Shown in pieces: positions 27,914 to 41,317 of a stretch of DNA of 64,000 nt. The stretch is from Eukaryota sp. GEM-RC1. Lineage: Eukaryota. Both the position numbers and the translations under genes were made by a program. Positions within the stretch are counted from its first letter, which is position 1; each line of letters starts with the position of its first letter. Below the pieces are notes generated by a model. It saw nothing but the letters and a program-made list of their open reading frames with translations. It searched no databases and was not told the DNA's origin. The DNA is taken from contig JAUFOQ010000005.1 in the NCBI GenBank assembly GCA_040285855.1, positions 124,001 to 188,000 on the forward strand. Reading direction: 5' to 3'.

Positions 27914-28646
27914 CACTGTCATTGACAATTAGTCTTGGTGAGACTAATTCTTAAGACACTTTCAATCACGCACACATAACAATTAGTCTCACCAAGACTA
28001 ATATATGAGTGAGACTAATTGAACTGTATTTTAATTAGTCTCACCAAGACTAATTCTTTATGATTTAATTTAGTCTTGGTCGATTTGAAATATTATTGAC
28101 AAAGTTTTATGATAAACAAGTAAAAGAAAAACTATTCTATATTTATAATACCATCAGCATTGCATTAGTCAGCAACCACTTCCAATGTCCCTCCTCAATA
28201 CTGTAGGTAAACGCTGTATTGGGAGGGTGTTTGACCGTTAAAGTTTGAGTGATATCTCCATTAATTTCTTGCAGTTGAAGCTATAACTGCGAAATTGGTC
28301 GTAGTCCCAGATCATGAAGATTTCATTCGCAACGTTTCATGATTCTGGTTTTTGGACAAAAGTGACACCAGAAGCGTCTTGACTTGAATTATCATTATCA
28401 ACAACTTCCTTAGCAATTTCCATCATGTACTTTTGCCTAGATTTTTACAACACCAACAGCACAGACTAGTTTTTATTGTGTTTTAGTCCATTAATTTCTT
28501 TCAATCTTCCCTTAAAACTGCAAAAAGAGGAATTAATTTTATCAAAAGTTTCGATCCACTAAAATCAGCTAAGGAAAAATAGTCTCACCGAGACTGATTT
28601 ATGAGTGAGACTATTTGCCTAATGAGACTAATTGTCAATGACAGTG
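27914..28646. mobile_element. Non-autonomous Tc1/mariner-type element (733 bp)
   Basis: Perfect 22-bp TIR CACTGTCATTGACAATTAGTCT, TA on both flanks, and multiple subterminal TAGTCTCACCAAGACTAAT-like repeats. Confidence 0.85.
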
Positions 28647-29014
28647 TAGTTAACTTTAGATATTCAATGATGTGACACGTCATCAGAAGGAACAGTCCGT
28701 ATCTACACATTTCTGATCACCATCGCGTTAAAAGCGACAAGATTGTAACAAGAAATCGCATTGAATAATTGATATGCTCTCTAATTCTGATATATTGTAG
28801 CATTGATTCCGAGCACCACAATACGTCATTTTTGATGAACAGTCTCACGTTGTCTAGAAGAATGATTCATGATGGATTAAAAGGATTAAGTGACGATAGT
28901 TCAGGTGACTAGTTCAGGTGATTCTAAGATGGGGACCACAAGATGTCGGATGAAAGACATTAGTCAGTTTGAGAGAACATAGAAAGTTCTCATTTCTAGA
29001 TCCATCAATCTAGA

Positions 29015-29967
29015 ATGGCCACACCTCGCCCTGAATCTTTGTTGCAAAGGAGTCGTCCATCCCCTTCCAGTATCTCCTCTGCGATGTCTAGCTGTGACGA
29101 ACTGTCGGTATTGTCTTCATCCACACATCCTCCCTCTAAACGTGTTCATGTTCAGCAGACTTTGTTGATTCTTGTACATCTACACTTGCTGAGACTGAAG
29201 CGTACTCTACAACAATATCCTTTTGGAACTATTAGTCAACTCGATGGTTTGAAAACAGCGTTACCTGCATTCATTGAACAAGTTGGCTATGTAAGTAATC
29301 ACTTCCTTGATTCTTCATTCCAAGCAGTTAAAATGTATTTTGAAGTTCACACCATTCGTTCTGATCTTGAACACCTTCCCAAACTAATTTCACTTGCTTC
29401 GTTTTTTGGAGCAGATCAACAATCTGTTTTCTTGCACGCTGATGGAATCTTAGAAATTGAGAAATTTCTTAATTATTCTGGTTTAATTACAGGATTGAGA
29501 ATCGAACTAAGGGAACCCTCTGATTTAGAATTTCTAAACACTTCTTTTTCTTTATTTCCTCGTCTTAAGCAACTAGAAGTAGAAGTGTTCCAACGCACCT
29601 CTGTTTCTATGTTATTGGTTGAAGCGTTGAAAGTTAATACTTCAGTTACAACTGTTACTCTAGACGGAAACTCTATTCCAGAGCTTTGAAGTATTGATCT
29701 GTGGAAATCTCTATTGGAGATGAAGGTGCCAGAGCTTTGGCAGAGGCATTGAAAGTTAATGTTTCAGTTATTGATCTGATGAACAACTCTATTGGAGATG
29801 AAGGTGTCAGAGCTTTGGCAGAGGCATTGAAAGTTAATACTTCAGTTACAAGTGTTAATCTAAGTGGAAACTATATTGGAGATGAAGGTACTAGAGATTT
29901 GGCAGAGGTGTTGAAACTTAATCCTAGATTTAAATTAGTGGGAGTAGATGAACTCAATGAGCCTTAA
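29015..29967 (+). pseudogene. LRR protein (RI/NLRC3-type 28-aa repeats), disrupted
   Basis: Repeats NNSIGDEGARALAEALKVN. N-terminal domain homologous to 31652-32767. Non-homopolymer deletions and a frameshift around 29680-29710. Confidence 0.7.
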
Positions 29968-30389
29968 ATCGTTTTCAAAGTGTTGAATTTAAACAGGTTC
30001 TTCTTTTCAATCACAAAAAGGTTGTAGAAAATCCGAGGTTTGGAACAGTTTACAAATTAATCCATTGGATCAACTAAAATGTTAGGTTGTCTATCTTATG
30101 CTTTTTCGATGATTTTTGGCTGGTAAAGTTCAAGAAAAACACTGTTAGATATAATATTTAGCATTATTTAATAGTGATATCTTGTATGAATATTTCAAGT
30201 TTCTCAAATACATTACAATCTATGGAACTGGTAAGCTGTTGAAAAATTATGTTTGAATTGTGCAAAACGATGTGTTTCTGATTCACCAGCTGGATTCAAC
30301 ATTCAGTCACAAATGATGAACCACGTTGATGACGTTTTACCAAACAAGAATTCAAGTGAATAATTATATTATATTATTGTAACTGACAG

Positions 30390-30630
30390 CGTGTGGACAC
30401 GTTTGGAAACGTGCACACGTGTACTACACAGTGTCTTTGCAATAAACCTAGAAAACTTGGGAACTACCCTTTTATTTCTCTCAATACTGTTGGCTCGAAT
30501 GTCTTTCTACGTGTTATACCACAATCAACAACACTGCCAGCAAAAAGCGGCCAAAGTACTGACACAATGCACTATCAAGCACCAATCCATCGCACCAGAA
30601 CCAAAGAATCCAAGATCCAGTGATGAGATG
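30390..30630. repeat. Second copy of the dispersed repeat at 10133-10575
   Basis: Direct nucleotide similarity to 10140-10420. Confidence 0.6.
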
Positions 30631-31299
30631 AGAGGTATCCCAACGACTTTTTTAAACTTAACTGGTAAACCAAACGACCGCAAAACTGTTTGTCTTGTGT
30701 TCTATAACAATCAAGACTTTCAATTTCGTGATCGAAAAGGGAATCCATACAAATGCCGTTGTCAAATCACCAAAACAGTATAACCAACACATGAACATAT
30801 CGCCCGTTTTGAGATACAACTGCTCTTTTTAGGATATTAAGGACTTTAGAACGTTGTGCTCTACAAATGTCGTCGATGAAAGTTAGTACGAACAGCGAAA
30901 ATTATTTGTATGTACACTGTAGTGTTGTTGTCAATAAAAATTGTTATTAAAAAAACTCTTAGATAAGTATAGAGGATTAACTGTGAACTTCATTTTGTTG
31001 TGCCTGTGAATTATATTCATTATACTATTATGATAAACAATTGGCAATTAATTGCAATAATTGGAAAATTGATTGGGAGCTATTTTCCAACTCCAATTAA
31101 TTGCCAATTCAGTTTTGAAGAGCCCTGACAATAGTTTTAGACAGTATGGCGTATTTTTGTATATTATATACATTACTTTCTTAGGAATGCTAATGAAATA
31201 GCAAGTTTCACTCCAACTCGACTTATTCGTAAAATTTTGACAGAACTCCAACTCGTAGAAACTTGGAGTGGAGTGAAGTGGAGATTGGAGTCGTGGAGC

Positions 31300-31625
31300 A
31301 AACTCGAGCTATGTTCGGTTCAACACGGTGTTGGAAATTATTCAACACGTGTCGGAAGAAACTCACTCTAAGATCAACCCACGGAAAAACACGTGTATTT
31401 TTCACTCATGTGGCAGCCGCACACAGTTGATAAATTTGAACTGATTTTCAATGATTCCAGAACTGATAACATGAAGAGCTCATCAATAGTGCAGACATTT
31501 AAGTAACGTTATTCAATATAGTTTTATCAAAAACAGTTGAAATTTACTCAAATTCATTGAAGTGACATGTTGGACTTCTCGAAAACCCCATTCAACACGT
31601 GTTGAGGTGACTCTGAACATAGAAC
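31300..31625. repeat. Dispersed repeat with CAACACGTGTTG palindromes
   Basis: Matches 46973-47370 (TCGAGCTATGTTCGGT.CAACACGGTGTTGGAAA...TTTTCAATGATTCCAGAACTGATAACATGAAGAGCTC). Confidence 0.75.
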
Positions 31626-31651
31626 TCAAGTGGAGTTTTACCCATCCCTAA

Positions 31652-32767
31652 ATGAATCATGGGCCTCCTCTAAAGAAAACTCGTTCATTTGGTGATTCTC
31701 TTTCAAATGCTGATGATGCTGTGTGTAATGGCTCTTCTTCTACTGTCTTCTTCCCACAATCCCACTCTGATACACTCTCCGCTTCACCTTCTTTCTCCCT
31801 TCATCATCCTAAGACCGTACGTTTTCAACAGTCTTTGTTGATTTTGGTACTTCTCAACTTGCTGAGACGTCTTCTAAAGTCTTGTTTCGCGGTGAATCTC
31901 GTTGACCCACGTCGTTCTCTTCTCAGCTTGAAGCAAGAACTACCCAAGGTTTTGGCAAACGTTGGGTATGTGAGTAGCAGCTGTTTTGAATCTCTATGTC
32001 TTACATTTCAAGTGTTTTTCCAAACAAACACGTTTCATCTTCTTTCCCAAGATCTTCCTCAACTCTGTTCTTATGCTGCTCTCTTTGGAGCAGAGGTACG
32101 GTCTGTTTTCCTACATCTTGATGACGTCGTTAAAATGAAAGAACTTACTGTTTTTTCTCATATGATTTCTGAATTGAAACTAACATTAACAAATCAGAAT
32201 GACTTGGAATTTTTCAGAACTTCTACTTGCTTTCCTCGACTTAAGCACCTTCATGTTGGTGTTAACTCTTCTATTGTTGTTCCTTTCGTGGATATGTTAA
32301 AAGACAATGATACTGTGACCTGTGTTAATCTGAGGAACAACTCTATTGGTGTTGAAGGTGCCAGAGCTTTGGCAGAGGCATTAATAGTCAATACTTATGT
32401 TATTACAATTAATCTGTGGAACAATTCTATTGGTGTTGAAGGTGCTAGAGCATTGGCAGAAGCATTAAAGCTTAATGATTGTGTTACCGTCATTAATCTT
32501 GGTTACAACTCTATTGGAGATGAAGGTGCCAGAGCTTTAGCAGAAGCATTAAAGGTCAATGCCACATTGACTACTGTTAATCTGAGGTACAACTCTATTG
32601 GAATTGAAGGTGCTAGAGCTTTAGCAGAAGCATTAAAAGACAATGATACTGTTACCAGTGTTAATTTGAGGTACAACTTTATTGGAGATGAAGGTGCTGT
32701 GGTTTTGTCACAGTTATTAACACATAATTGTAAAGTTTCTGTCCATGGTATATCCACTCAATCGTAG
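31652..32767 (+). CDS. LRR protein with RI/NLRC3-type 28-aa repeats and a lineage-specific N-terminal domain
   Basis: Intact 371-aa ORF with five repeats of VNLRxNSIGxEGARALAEALKxN (84-bp period). Confidence 0.85.
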   Translation: MNHGPPLKKTRSFGDSLSNADDAVCNGSSSTVFFPQSHSDTLSASPSFSLHHPKTVRFQQSLLILVLLNLLRRLLKSCFAVNLVDPRRSLLSLKQELPKVLANVGYVSSSCFESLCLTFQVFFQTNTFHLLSQDLPQLCSYAALFGAEVRSVFLHLDDVVKMKELTVFSHMISELKLTLTNQNDLEFFRTSTCFPRLKHLHVGVNSSIVVPFVDMLKDNDTVTCVNLRNNSIGVEGARALAEALIVNTYVITINLWNNSIGVEGARALAEALKLNDCVTVINLGYNSIGDEGARALAEALKVNATLTTVNLRYNSIGIEGARALAEALKDNDTVTSVNLRYNFIGDEGAVVLSQLLTHNCKVSVHGISTQS

Positions 32768-33590
32768 TTAAAGAATGTAAATGTTTATTTAATTGTTTTT
32801 CCTTCTAGTTGATACCTATTTCAATAAATTTCACATTTTATATTACTGTTTGTTGTTGTTTTGTTTAGAAAACACTGGGATTCCATACTTTTTGGTGTTT
32901 CAATTATAGCAACTGCATTCAAATACAATAATGTTAAAATTTGAAGAATATACAATGTGCTGTTGGTTCGTGTTGTGGTGTGTTCTTTTTGAATTAAGTT
33001 TCAGTAGCAAATATAGTCTCAGAAGGATAAGTGCTGTTGCATACAATGTTTTTGTTTAATGACAGGAAAATGTTCATGTGACACCTGCTCAGTCATTTGC
33101 TGGTAATTATCAATACAATCCGTGTTATTTACTCAACAAAACTGAGGGTTAAATCATCAAGAATAATTTCGAAAGTTTATCATTTCATAAGGTTTGTCAT
33201 GATCCGTATTATGTAGAATGAATCCTGAAGAAAGTAACGTTCTTGTAATTAACATAATGTCAAAGTATAGCAGAAGTTCTACCTAGATATCACAAACAAG
33301 GCTGAGTTAAGAAAAGAAATCGGTCTCAAACATCTCTGTTGAAATGTGAACAAATGAATCATCAATATGTACATGTACATCAATGTACAACATTTCTTGG
33401 TAATTGTTAGTGAATTATATTGGAGTGCGTTTTGAGTGAATGCTGATACGGGAATTATACTATGTATCTTCTCCGGATATTAATGTCGTTTCAATGATAT
33501 TAAGTTTTCGGTTGAAAATGCTTTGTCCTAACAAAATGAACTTTAAAAATATAAATTTATAAAAGCCATTATGCCAATCAAAAAATATAC

Positions 33591-36500
33591 CTAATTGTTG
33601 GCAACAAATTGTTGAATAACAGAATTAGATAGAACAATACTGTGAGGGATCATTGAAATTAACTGTAAACTGATTTCTTCTTCTTCACGTAAAGTATTTA
33701 ACATCTTTCTAAATAGAACTACATAGATCAAAATGGAGATACCAAAAACTAACACCATTGACATAATAATTGATATTCTATAAAACCTCACTGTTTCTTG
33801 AAGTTCTACTTGTAAAAGATCAATTGAGTCAAAAGAAAGTGTTGCTACATCACGACCCACTTGGATTATTTCTTGAATATGTGGTGACTCAATATCCCAA
33901 GATGCAGTGGTTTCCTGTAACATTAAGGGAGTTACCAAGGAGATGAACCGGTGAATTAAGAAATTGAGACCAAACTCTTGCAAAATACTGGTGTTGTAAC
34001 TCAAAACATTAAAATTTGTGTTGTAAACAAGGTTATTATGAGGAGCAAAACGGCCAGCAGCTGACTCTAAAAACCGTGATGACGAGCGGTAGAGTAATTC
34101 ATTATGAGTATTAGATAATTGCTCAGTTCTCCCTATTAATCGTATACAACTTTCAACTCGAGTACCAGAATCCATCGCTCCCTGAATAACCCTTGCAGAT
34201 ATAATGTAAGGTAATGTTGCTCGTTCCCCCGCTAATTGAAGTTGTCCAGGCCACGGTTGGAGAGAAAACATGGCATAAATAGAAAAAAGAAAGAAAACAG
34301 CGATACCAACAGCCATAAAACAAAGAGCTATTATCGATTGTTTATGAAACTTGTTGATTAAAACAAGCTCAACAACTTGTTTAACATGACCAGCTACTTC
34401 CTTTTTGGGTGAGGTCAGGATCAAGAAGTACAAGAACAATAGCACAGTAAAGCAAATTGCAACTAGTAATAATATCTGAGAAGTGGCCCACAGCTGGGGA
34501 TTTCTAAGAGACTCTAGTAGTGAAACACTGGATGAAACAAATTCATTAACTGAATCCACCAGGTAGTAGTTAAGGACACGTGATGTGATTGGAGTAAATG
34601 ATCGTCCCATGGTCAAGTGTTGAGCAAGAAGAAGTTGATCGGACGAAGAACGAGAAAGGTCGAAGGTTTTGTTGGTGTAGCGCTGAATCAAAGGTAAATT
34701 TTGTTGTTGAATTATTTTTAAATGACTGTTTTCCTCAGTAGCTATATCCCAGGCAATTCCATCTAGTTCAGGAGTAAGAGAAGAAGGGATGTCGTAGTGG
34801 CTACAAGCTAACACAAGGGCAATGTCTTGTATACGGAAAACACTATGAAGATCAGTGAAAACATTAGTAAACGAATCTTTAAGTTTTGAAAGGTCGCTTT
34901 TGAGAGGAGAGTTTTCAGAATTAGAAAACATTGCAACTAACTCTCCAAGAGAAACAAGTAACTGTTGTCTAGTCCTTCTGTAATCCCTATAAGTGTGGAA
35001 ATCACCTGATAAAATAAATACATCTGATAAATAAGTGACTTTAGAAAACAGCAACTTACACGTGGAAGCTTGAGAGATGATGTGTTCAGTGATTGTATCA
35101 GTAGCATCCCAGTCAGAAAGAACTTTTCTACCATACAACACAGAAATGAAGACAAATAATAAAACCAGTATTGGTACAGTAATTAAAACTAGCATGTAGA
35201 CTTTGTTTGAAGGGAATTGATTCAAGAAAATACGGACAAGAAAATAAGTACAAACCAGAAAAATGATAATAACAACAGTTGATAACTGGAAGGAAAAATG
35301 TTTGGATGTTAAATAACTTTTCTGATTCGTGACTTAAGTGGTCATTACTCAAGTCAGATGTAAGTAATACAGCATTCACTAACGAATTCAAATGATTGTG
35401 ATACCTGGAGGAGCTCATAGTTTCCTTTGCGATCAAATATTTTTCAGAAGAGGAAAGTGACGAATCATGAGTGTGATTGTTATACCAGTTAGAGTAACCA
35501 TCATATTCAACACGTTCATAACTGCTAGATTGTTCGGTCTCAATATCATATTGATAATTAATAACATATGACACATCATCATCCGTGTGATTGAATACTT
35601 GAGCGGCAAGTGACTGACTGATTCGCTGGTAATGAGTCAGATGATCACTAAAAACTTGAGTAGAAGCCAGCTGATCTTTAACACTGGGAGAAACTCGTGG
35701 GGAAAAATAAAAGGTCTCAATCAAAGCACGTCTTCTTCCAGATTCAGCAAAACCCCAATAGCTTTGATAGAAGAAGAGATCACCAGTAGCTACAAAGGAA
35801 TACGATCTAGAAGTTAGTATAAAATCCATGACAATCAAATCTCCTGCTGCGATACCAAGCTCAAAATTATGATTGATGTTGATAAAGAGTTCATTTTGAT
35901 TGGAAGAATAGCTGATAAACATGAAGAACATAACAGACACCAAAAAGGACAAGCAAAGACTTAGACCTAACAACACAGTCTTGTTACTTGAGGTGACACC
36001 ATTTGATTGGTCAACGTGATCATGACTGTCAAGAGTGAGTGCTATACTGGTACCTTCAGATTGTTGATATTCGTCCTCACCATCACAATGAGAATATTGG
36101 GAAGGAGCAAGGTCAAAATCATCATCACTGTCTTCGTGATGGACTGCTCCAGAAGATTTGAAACGTGACTGAAGGTCAGAAACAATACGAGCACACGTGT
36201 CCTTGGGAACCCATAAGAAAAGGTTTAAAACTCCTTGCCGTTCTACAGAGATTGAAAGAATAATTCTGTGAAATCCAAACACTCCGATAACAATTAAGCA
36301 ACCTAGAACGATAACAAAGGAAACAATAGAGATAAAGCGTGTGATGTAGAAGAAATCAGCAGATGCTTCCAAAATTGTAGACCAAAAAGCTTGCCCACTT
36401 CTAACCATCGTACGTCTATTCTGGAAGCAAATATCTAAAATAATTGTTTCTAGAAAGATTTTGACCGTCAAATGACGTGACGAAATCTACGGTAGCGATA

Positions 36501-39004
36501 CTATAACTCAGAACTGTCTCCCAATAATTTAAAACCTTAGCGTGATTAACTGGAGGATTTGTGTTTCTAAAGGATAAAGAAACTAAACTAGGTTTCCTAA
36601 CGAAGTCCAAGATGATCTCGTCACGTACTTGATCTAGTGGTGCTTCATTAACTCTAGGACAAATATAAGAACTTGGGTGTGTAAGAGCATCAGAACCCAT
36701 AAACACTCTTCGAGCATGATATCCTGAAGTGAGAGAAAATAGAAAGGAAACATACCAATATGCTCAGAGTCTTCTAGAATTTGCTGTTTGTAGTGCTCGC
36801 CATCTTCAAAATAGTGACTGTAAAGCTGAACTTCTGTGACTATTTTGTTAGACATGATTGAAATATGACTGCCCTCAATCAGTTGTTGAGCTCTATTTGA
36901 CACGTCATTCAATGTGTTACTGAAGAAAACAAAAGAAATTATAGTAACAACAGCCACCAAAGTGAAGGAAATAAACATTATTCTAGAAAGTCTCTCAACG
37001 TGCTGATGAGATTGATCTCCACCTCCTACTGACAAGGACAATCTATTCTTCTTCTTCCTCTTTCTACGTCCTCCTTTTGAAGCTCTTGACATTGCAGTAG
37101 AGTAATCAGCACTGAGAGCCTGAGACGGAGCATGAGAGCTTGTCCCTTCACTACCAATTGATGATTGAATTTCTACAGCTTCTTCAATTAGCTTAGCTGA
37201 CTCATCGTCCATGTTAACTTCACGAATATACTTGGCATAAACACCTAGAACTTCCCTATTATCAGGGAAAGAGTTCAACAGTAATTTAAAGATGTTGTCA
37301 GCCGATGCTTTCGAATTTCGAAGTTTGTCAGTTATCAAAGGAAGTTTATCTATTCGGGAATTTTCTGAAGTCAAGATTCTCCAAAACTGTATGAGACAGT
37401 CAAGGCAATCCTTGTGAAGTTCTTTAGCTTCTCGAAGATTCTTCTGAAAAGCAATAGACGACTTAGCATCAGTAGCTTCAGCACCAGTGTTAGTACGTCT
37501 TCTTAAGTCATCAGCACAAAGCTGGTAATAGTGAAGGAGAAATCGATGACGAAAATTAAGGTCACAATCAAGTCCATTGATTAATGAATTGATTGATATA
37601 ACTGCTAAATGATTTTCTCTAACAAAAACTTCAAAATTAATTTTGAACATCGAAGCGTCGACGTGTTCATTGAATCTGTCCCCAGTTTGATCAAAAATTA
37701 AAAATGCTAAATCTTTATCTTCAAGAGGTGCTCTGTGAGGTTTTGGTTGAAGAAATCGTGTACATAGCTCTACTTGCCAAACACGTTTGATTGAGGGGAG
37801 TTTGATTGAAGGATCTGTCGTCGGGGTCGTTTCATAAGAGGAAAGTGGCTTATTTGACCCTTCAGTATCAGATTCGTCCATATCTGGTAGAACTCCAATG
37901 GAGAACGAATGTTGGGGAGGGTTGGAGGAAGGAACTGAAGTTGGAGTTTTTGATGAGGGTCGAGTGTAGTATCGATTAATTGAATTCTTGCAAATCAGAT
38001 AAAAAATTACTGAAAACAAAACGACTAGAAAAGTCCATGTGGTCAACACGACAGTACCTTGTTTTGATTGAGTGACATGATTAGAGACGTAGATCAGATT
38101 AATCAGATAACAGAAAGAGGCGGCAGTCCAAAGTGATAAAAAGATTACATACTTGAGGTTTGAATTAGATTTATAGAAGGGAAGTCGTGTTGCAACAAGA
38201 AAGGGAATAAAGAGAGAGCAGAAAAGATAGACAGTGCGAAAGAGCCAAGGACGGAAGGGAAGGAAGTAGAAGATGAGAAGTAGAACAGATTTAGAGAGAA
38301 ACAAACAGAATTGAACATGAGAGTGTGCTCTAGCGAAGGGTCTTTTGGAGCACGGATTACCATCATAACAACACAGGTGATAGCTGAGGACACAACAGAA
38401 TAGCAAGATTAGAAGTAGTAGAAGAGACGATCGAATTAAAATGGACTGAATTCCCCAACAATTTGATTCATCGAAAAGAGATCGAAAGTGGAGAAAAACG
38501 TCATCATTTTGAGGAGAGCAGAACATGAAAGATAAGAGAATGGATATAAGTGGGACACAAAAGAGTGTACATACGAGATGAACTGAGCCCTTTACAAAGA
38601 CTAGCTTGAGAGAGTAGTCAATGTGATCGCGTCCAAAAGCAAGGAAGATTGTGAGGGAGAAGATGAATAAAGCAATTATGACAACTGTGGCTATGTAGAC
38701 CGGCCATAGTCCTACATTAAACTGACTAGAGGTGATAGGAACAGTAAACCAATGGACGAATCTCATGTCAAACAGTGAGTCCCAAAGAGGGAAATTGGAG
38801 CGATTGAGTACAATACCAACAATCTGTAATGTCTCCAACAGTAGCAACAAGGTGGCACAGAAATTGAAACGTGAAACATCCGATGATATAGCGCGAAAGA
38901 GTGAAAAGACCTTCTGTTCCGCCTTGCACAAAAAAAGACACGCTACGTAGTCCAAAATTGGATGTGTTATGAGATGTTTCAGATGCTTTCTGAAAGGAAC
39001 TCAT
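33591..39004 (-). CDS. TmcB/TmcC-like multi-pass membrane receptor-like protein, type B copy 2 (32-nt intron; indels near 38935, 36425, 35290)
   Basis: Colinear paralog of 14028-19442 with the start MSSFQKAS and the same C-terminus (VIQQFVANN). Confidence 0.72.
36724..36755 (-). other. 32-nt spliceosomal intron in gene B2
   Basis: GTATGTTTCCTTTCTATTTTCTCTCACTTCAG. Same position and phase as the B1 intron; removal restores the frame (EHIG|YHARRVFMGSD). Confidence 0.9.
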
Positions 39005-40240
39005 GAGTAGATTGTTGATGTGATCCAATGGAGGGACTCATGCTTAGTAAAGATTCTTTTCGTGATCTTTCCTCTTATTATCTTTCCTCTTTAAGGTGCA
39101 TCCACTTTGCTGATGGTCTGTTGCACTTCTTTCCTGATGTAGTACTCACTTCGTTACTACTACATTACATTTCTGTGGACACATTATTTTGGTATGACAT
39201 GATATTCTCATACTTCATGTACACACCTTCCAGTTCATGTACATTGCAGTGTTTATCACTGCTTGCCACAATGATCTGCTTAGGAACTTGACACAATTCA
39301 TTTGCAATTGTCTCTGACGTTGGTCTCTGGAACACGTTTTGTCTAGGATAAACGTAGACTGTGTCAGTCAGTTATGTACATGGATTCCCTTCCTTTGTGA
39401 TGTGATGCTGTATGATCCACCCAGGGTTGCACAATACATAACTTAACGTTAGACCGGTCAAAATACGCATGAAAACACATCTCAGTCCCATAACTTCCGC
39501 AGACATAACCTTTTCATCTCCCCCAACATCTCTCCGTTTTCAACCATGACGAATGATTGGTCTTCCAATTATATCATCGCTTCTGAAGGAAACTCTGATG
39601 ACAGGGATTGTATCGGCGAAGACCAAGTATGTGATGATGATGATGATGTGGTCTTTGCTGAGTTAAGAAGAGTGTCTGGATCCCATGGTGTTGTTACATA
39701 ACCGAATTTTCAAATGCCACGCGCTGATGGCGTATGGGTCATGGCTTTTGGACGTGTGGCGCTATGGCAATATTTTGAATATCTAACGAATTTAGTTCAT
39801 GTGACGTAAATGAACATATATTTACGAATTTTTGGCTTGAAATCGGTTGGCATACACTCCCTTACAATTCATCAGTGACCAATTATGAAACAAAGTTGAT
39901 CAGCAAACTTGATGGACAGTGATTCTCACACATAGAGCTCTCTTAAGTATATGTATCATAAAAAAGGCTTTTTGTTTACAATTACAATTAATGAATATCA
40001 TCAACATTAACAACTGGAATATTCTATTCCTATTATGATTTCAAAAGCTCTATTAGCTCTCAGTAATTTCTATGAAGAAAAAAGCTGACGTGAGTTTTAT
40101 TGGCAGTGAATTGAGTTCTAGTTTTTGTATGAACTGTATCTTGCTGTTTTTCTTTCATAAACTTCCTTTTTTAAAACATAATAACAAATGAGATAGTAAA
40201 ACCTCTACATCATCTCACACTCATCTCACAATTCAAAGTG

Positions 40241-40272
40241 AGGTTCAAAGTTCAACGTTTAACTTTGAACCT
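40241..40272. repeat. Near-perfect 32-bp palindrome
   Basis: AGGTTCAAAGTT-CAACGTTT-AACTTTGAACCT, one mismatched pair. Confidence 0.7.
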
Positions 40273-41317
40273 AAGTACCTAAACAATGCCTTAAGGAGGG
40301 AAAATGACAACATTGTTCTACAACTTTCATTAGAAAACTTTCCATGTTTACACAATTTGTTGAAAGAATCATGTACCCCAAATGTAACGTACTGCATTAT
40401 GATCAATTTCATTTTTGGAATACACGTGTTAACACTTCACAAAAACTGGGCCATAACTAGAAAACGCCATACCGTTATGGCCGTAATGATACACTGGATA
40501 TTTGTTCTAATCTTTCTTTGTTTTGGCCGCTTTACTGTAGAGTCAAACCACTATAACTTCTCAAGTAATCTGTTATGCTGAAATGGGGGACTCAAACACA
40601 CAATGTTATAAATTGTATTTTAATTGTACGGTTCATTAGGTGAATCTGTAACATCATTACTTGAAGATTGTAGAAGAAAAACATCTCGGTCGTTTGATAG
40701 ATTTTGGAAATTCGAATTGTGTTTGATTTTCTTTTAAGGGATGATGACTTCTGTATCTAGCGCTTTATTATCTCTTGAAAGACATTATGAGGATAAGGTA
40801 GGTGAGAATATTTTCGGATAGGCATACATACATACATACACATATATGCTATTTTAATTTTACGATTTGACGATCAGTGACTCTGTACAACAATTACAGT
40901 GCAGTCTGAATTCTCAACTAGTGATCACACTATTGTTTGACCTCCTTACTAGGGTACAATACCATTCACTCAAGACTTTTCTTTCAACTCGTTTCGTTCA
41001 CTTCCGTTTCTATTCCTTCTAAAAATGGGTGAAATTGACGAATACCGCCCATTTCATACATCGTTCGCACTTGCTTGAAAGATAATTCGGTCAGTAATCA
41101 ATTATGATGAGGCAATCTGATCTCAGATCAGTACTGTTGTTGTATTCCTGCTGTCTGAATCAAGAACTCAACATGTTCAGGCTTTCGATTCAACTCGAAC
41201 AATCTGCTAGACTTGGAACATGAATATGAGATTGTACTGTGACTACAAACTACAACACACCAATAAAATTCAATAAAAATTTGAAATTTCATTTAGATCG
41301 AAAAACCGGTTGTAGCG

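Noticed and set aside
27914..28080. CRISPR-like array of TAGTCTCACCAAGACTAAT repeats
   Set aside because: Irregular spacing and mixed orientation inside a TIR element, no cas genes, eukaryotic context.
32330..32700. 84-bp tandem repeats as a non-coding array
   Set aside because: They are the in-frame LRR coding units.
39422..39460. CAGGGTTGCAC as a hAT left terminus
   Set aside because: No matching right TIR or TSD was found.
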